In this document: one piece after another, positions 63,564 through 64,000 of the stretch
How the letters are laid out: every line of letters starts with the position of its first letter
Numbering within the stretch: position 1 is the first letter of the stretch
Assembly (NCBI GenBank): GCA_009859145.1
Contig: VRVR01000021.1
Location: forward strand, 195,507-259,506
Direction of reading: 5' to 3'
Origin: Andalucia godoyi And28
Taxonomy: Eukaryota; Protista; Jakobida
DNA length: 64,000 nt
The notes under the pieces: generated by a model
What the model was told of the DNA's origin: nothing
The model's database searches: none
Seen by the model: the letters and a program-made list of their open reading frames with translations, nothing else
Program-made: the position numbers and the translations under genes

Positions 63564-63723
63564 CGTCGCAACCACGAGTTTCTTGGTTCTCGGTGTCTTC
63601 GGGCATGGCCGGTTTTGAGTTTGTTGGGAAGATCCCTCTTTGGAGCCATGAGATGTTTTGTCTTTGTCTTTGACGAGGTGGTTGCTGCTTGAAGGTTTGA
63701 TTATGAAAAAATCAAACATGTTG
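63564..63723 (+). repeat. dispersed repeat family R1, copy C (core only)
   Basis: Matches 14611-14776 in the same orientation, with roughly 85-90% identity to copies A and B by eye. Confidence 0.92.
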
Positions 63724-63866
63724 TTAAGCTGCCAGCCGTGTTCTTGGGCAGCATATCGGATGCTTGTTCGAGACCTGTCGACTGCGGAATGGCTGCACAA
63801 CCAAACACGAAACTTTTAGAAAAGCGCCAACATAAACAAATCAAATCCAACATGCCAATCTTCATG

Positions 63867-63907
63867 GTAGTAGTAGACGTAGTAGTAGACGTAGTAGTAG
63901 ACGTAGT
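63867..63907. repeat. (GTAGTAGAC)n 9-mer tandem repeat
   Basis: Three full units plus a partial unit. Confidence 0.9.
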
Positions 63908-64000
63908 GACTCTGTGGGATAGATCAGTCAGAGCGGATAAGGACCAAAGAGACGATGGATGCGTCAACGGTCGACGAACATCAAGAAGAAGATGCAGCAA

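Noticed and set aside
1-64000. CRISPR arrays, tRNA, rRNA, TnpB/Fanzor or reverse transcriptase ORFs
   Set aside because: No regularly spaced repeat-spacer array, cloverleaf, rRNA signature, RuvC motif or RT motif was found by inspection.

Overview
This is a gene-dense, intron-poor eukaryotic (protist-like) nuclear region with about 33 protein-coding genes in 64 kb. It has a few short spliceosomal introns (83-190 nt where confidently placed, GTATGT/GTACGT donors, CTAAY-like branch points) and microsatellite-rich intergenic spacers. A free-living excavate such as a jakobid would fit this architecture, but that is inference only. Recognisable genes are ABHD13, calcyphosin, a PP2C phosphatase, TAF10, ERCC8/CSA, a Ser/Thr kinase, TSG101/VPS23 (with an apparent GC-AG intron), alpha-amylase, WDR18/IPI3, PAM16, OSGEPL1/Qri7, MLYCD, TRMO, a large GH13-like/GT5 glucan synthase, ALG11, a mitochondrial-type MetRS, TRAPPC11, an amino-acid transporter, a beta-carbonic anhydrase, an atypical RBR-like protein, an Mn-CDF transporter, an LRR protein, CLP1 and PEX2. 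Four things are not explained by these genes. (i) Three families of dispersed non-coding elements link five intergenic loci (7.9k, 14.5-14.8k, 29.9-30.7k, 46.7-47.3k, 63.6k). (ii) A ~450-nt intergenic segment at 46945-47395 has clustered plus-strand GNRA- and UUCG-capped hairpins and is a candidate structured RNA. (iii) An orphan Ginger/KRBA2-like Cys-cluster ORF lies next to one repeat family. (iv) Three intronless genes look prokaryotic: an RQGEW-motif protein, a GNAT and an SRPBCC protein. All homology calls come from motif recognition by eye; no searches were run. No rRNA, tRNA or CRISPR array was found.
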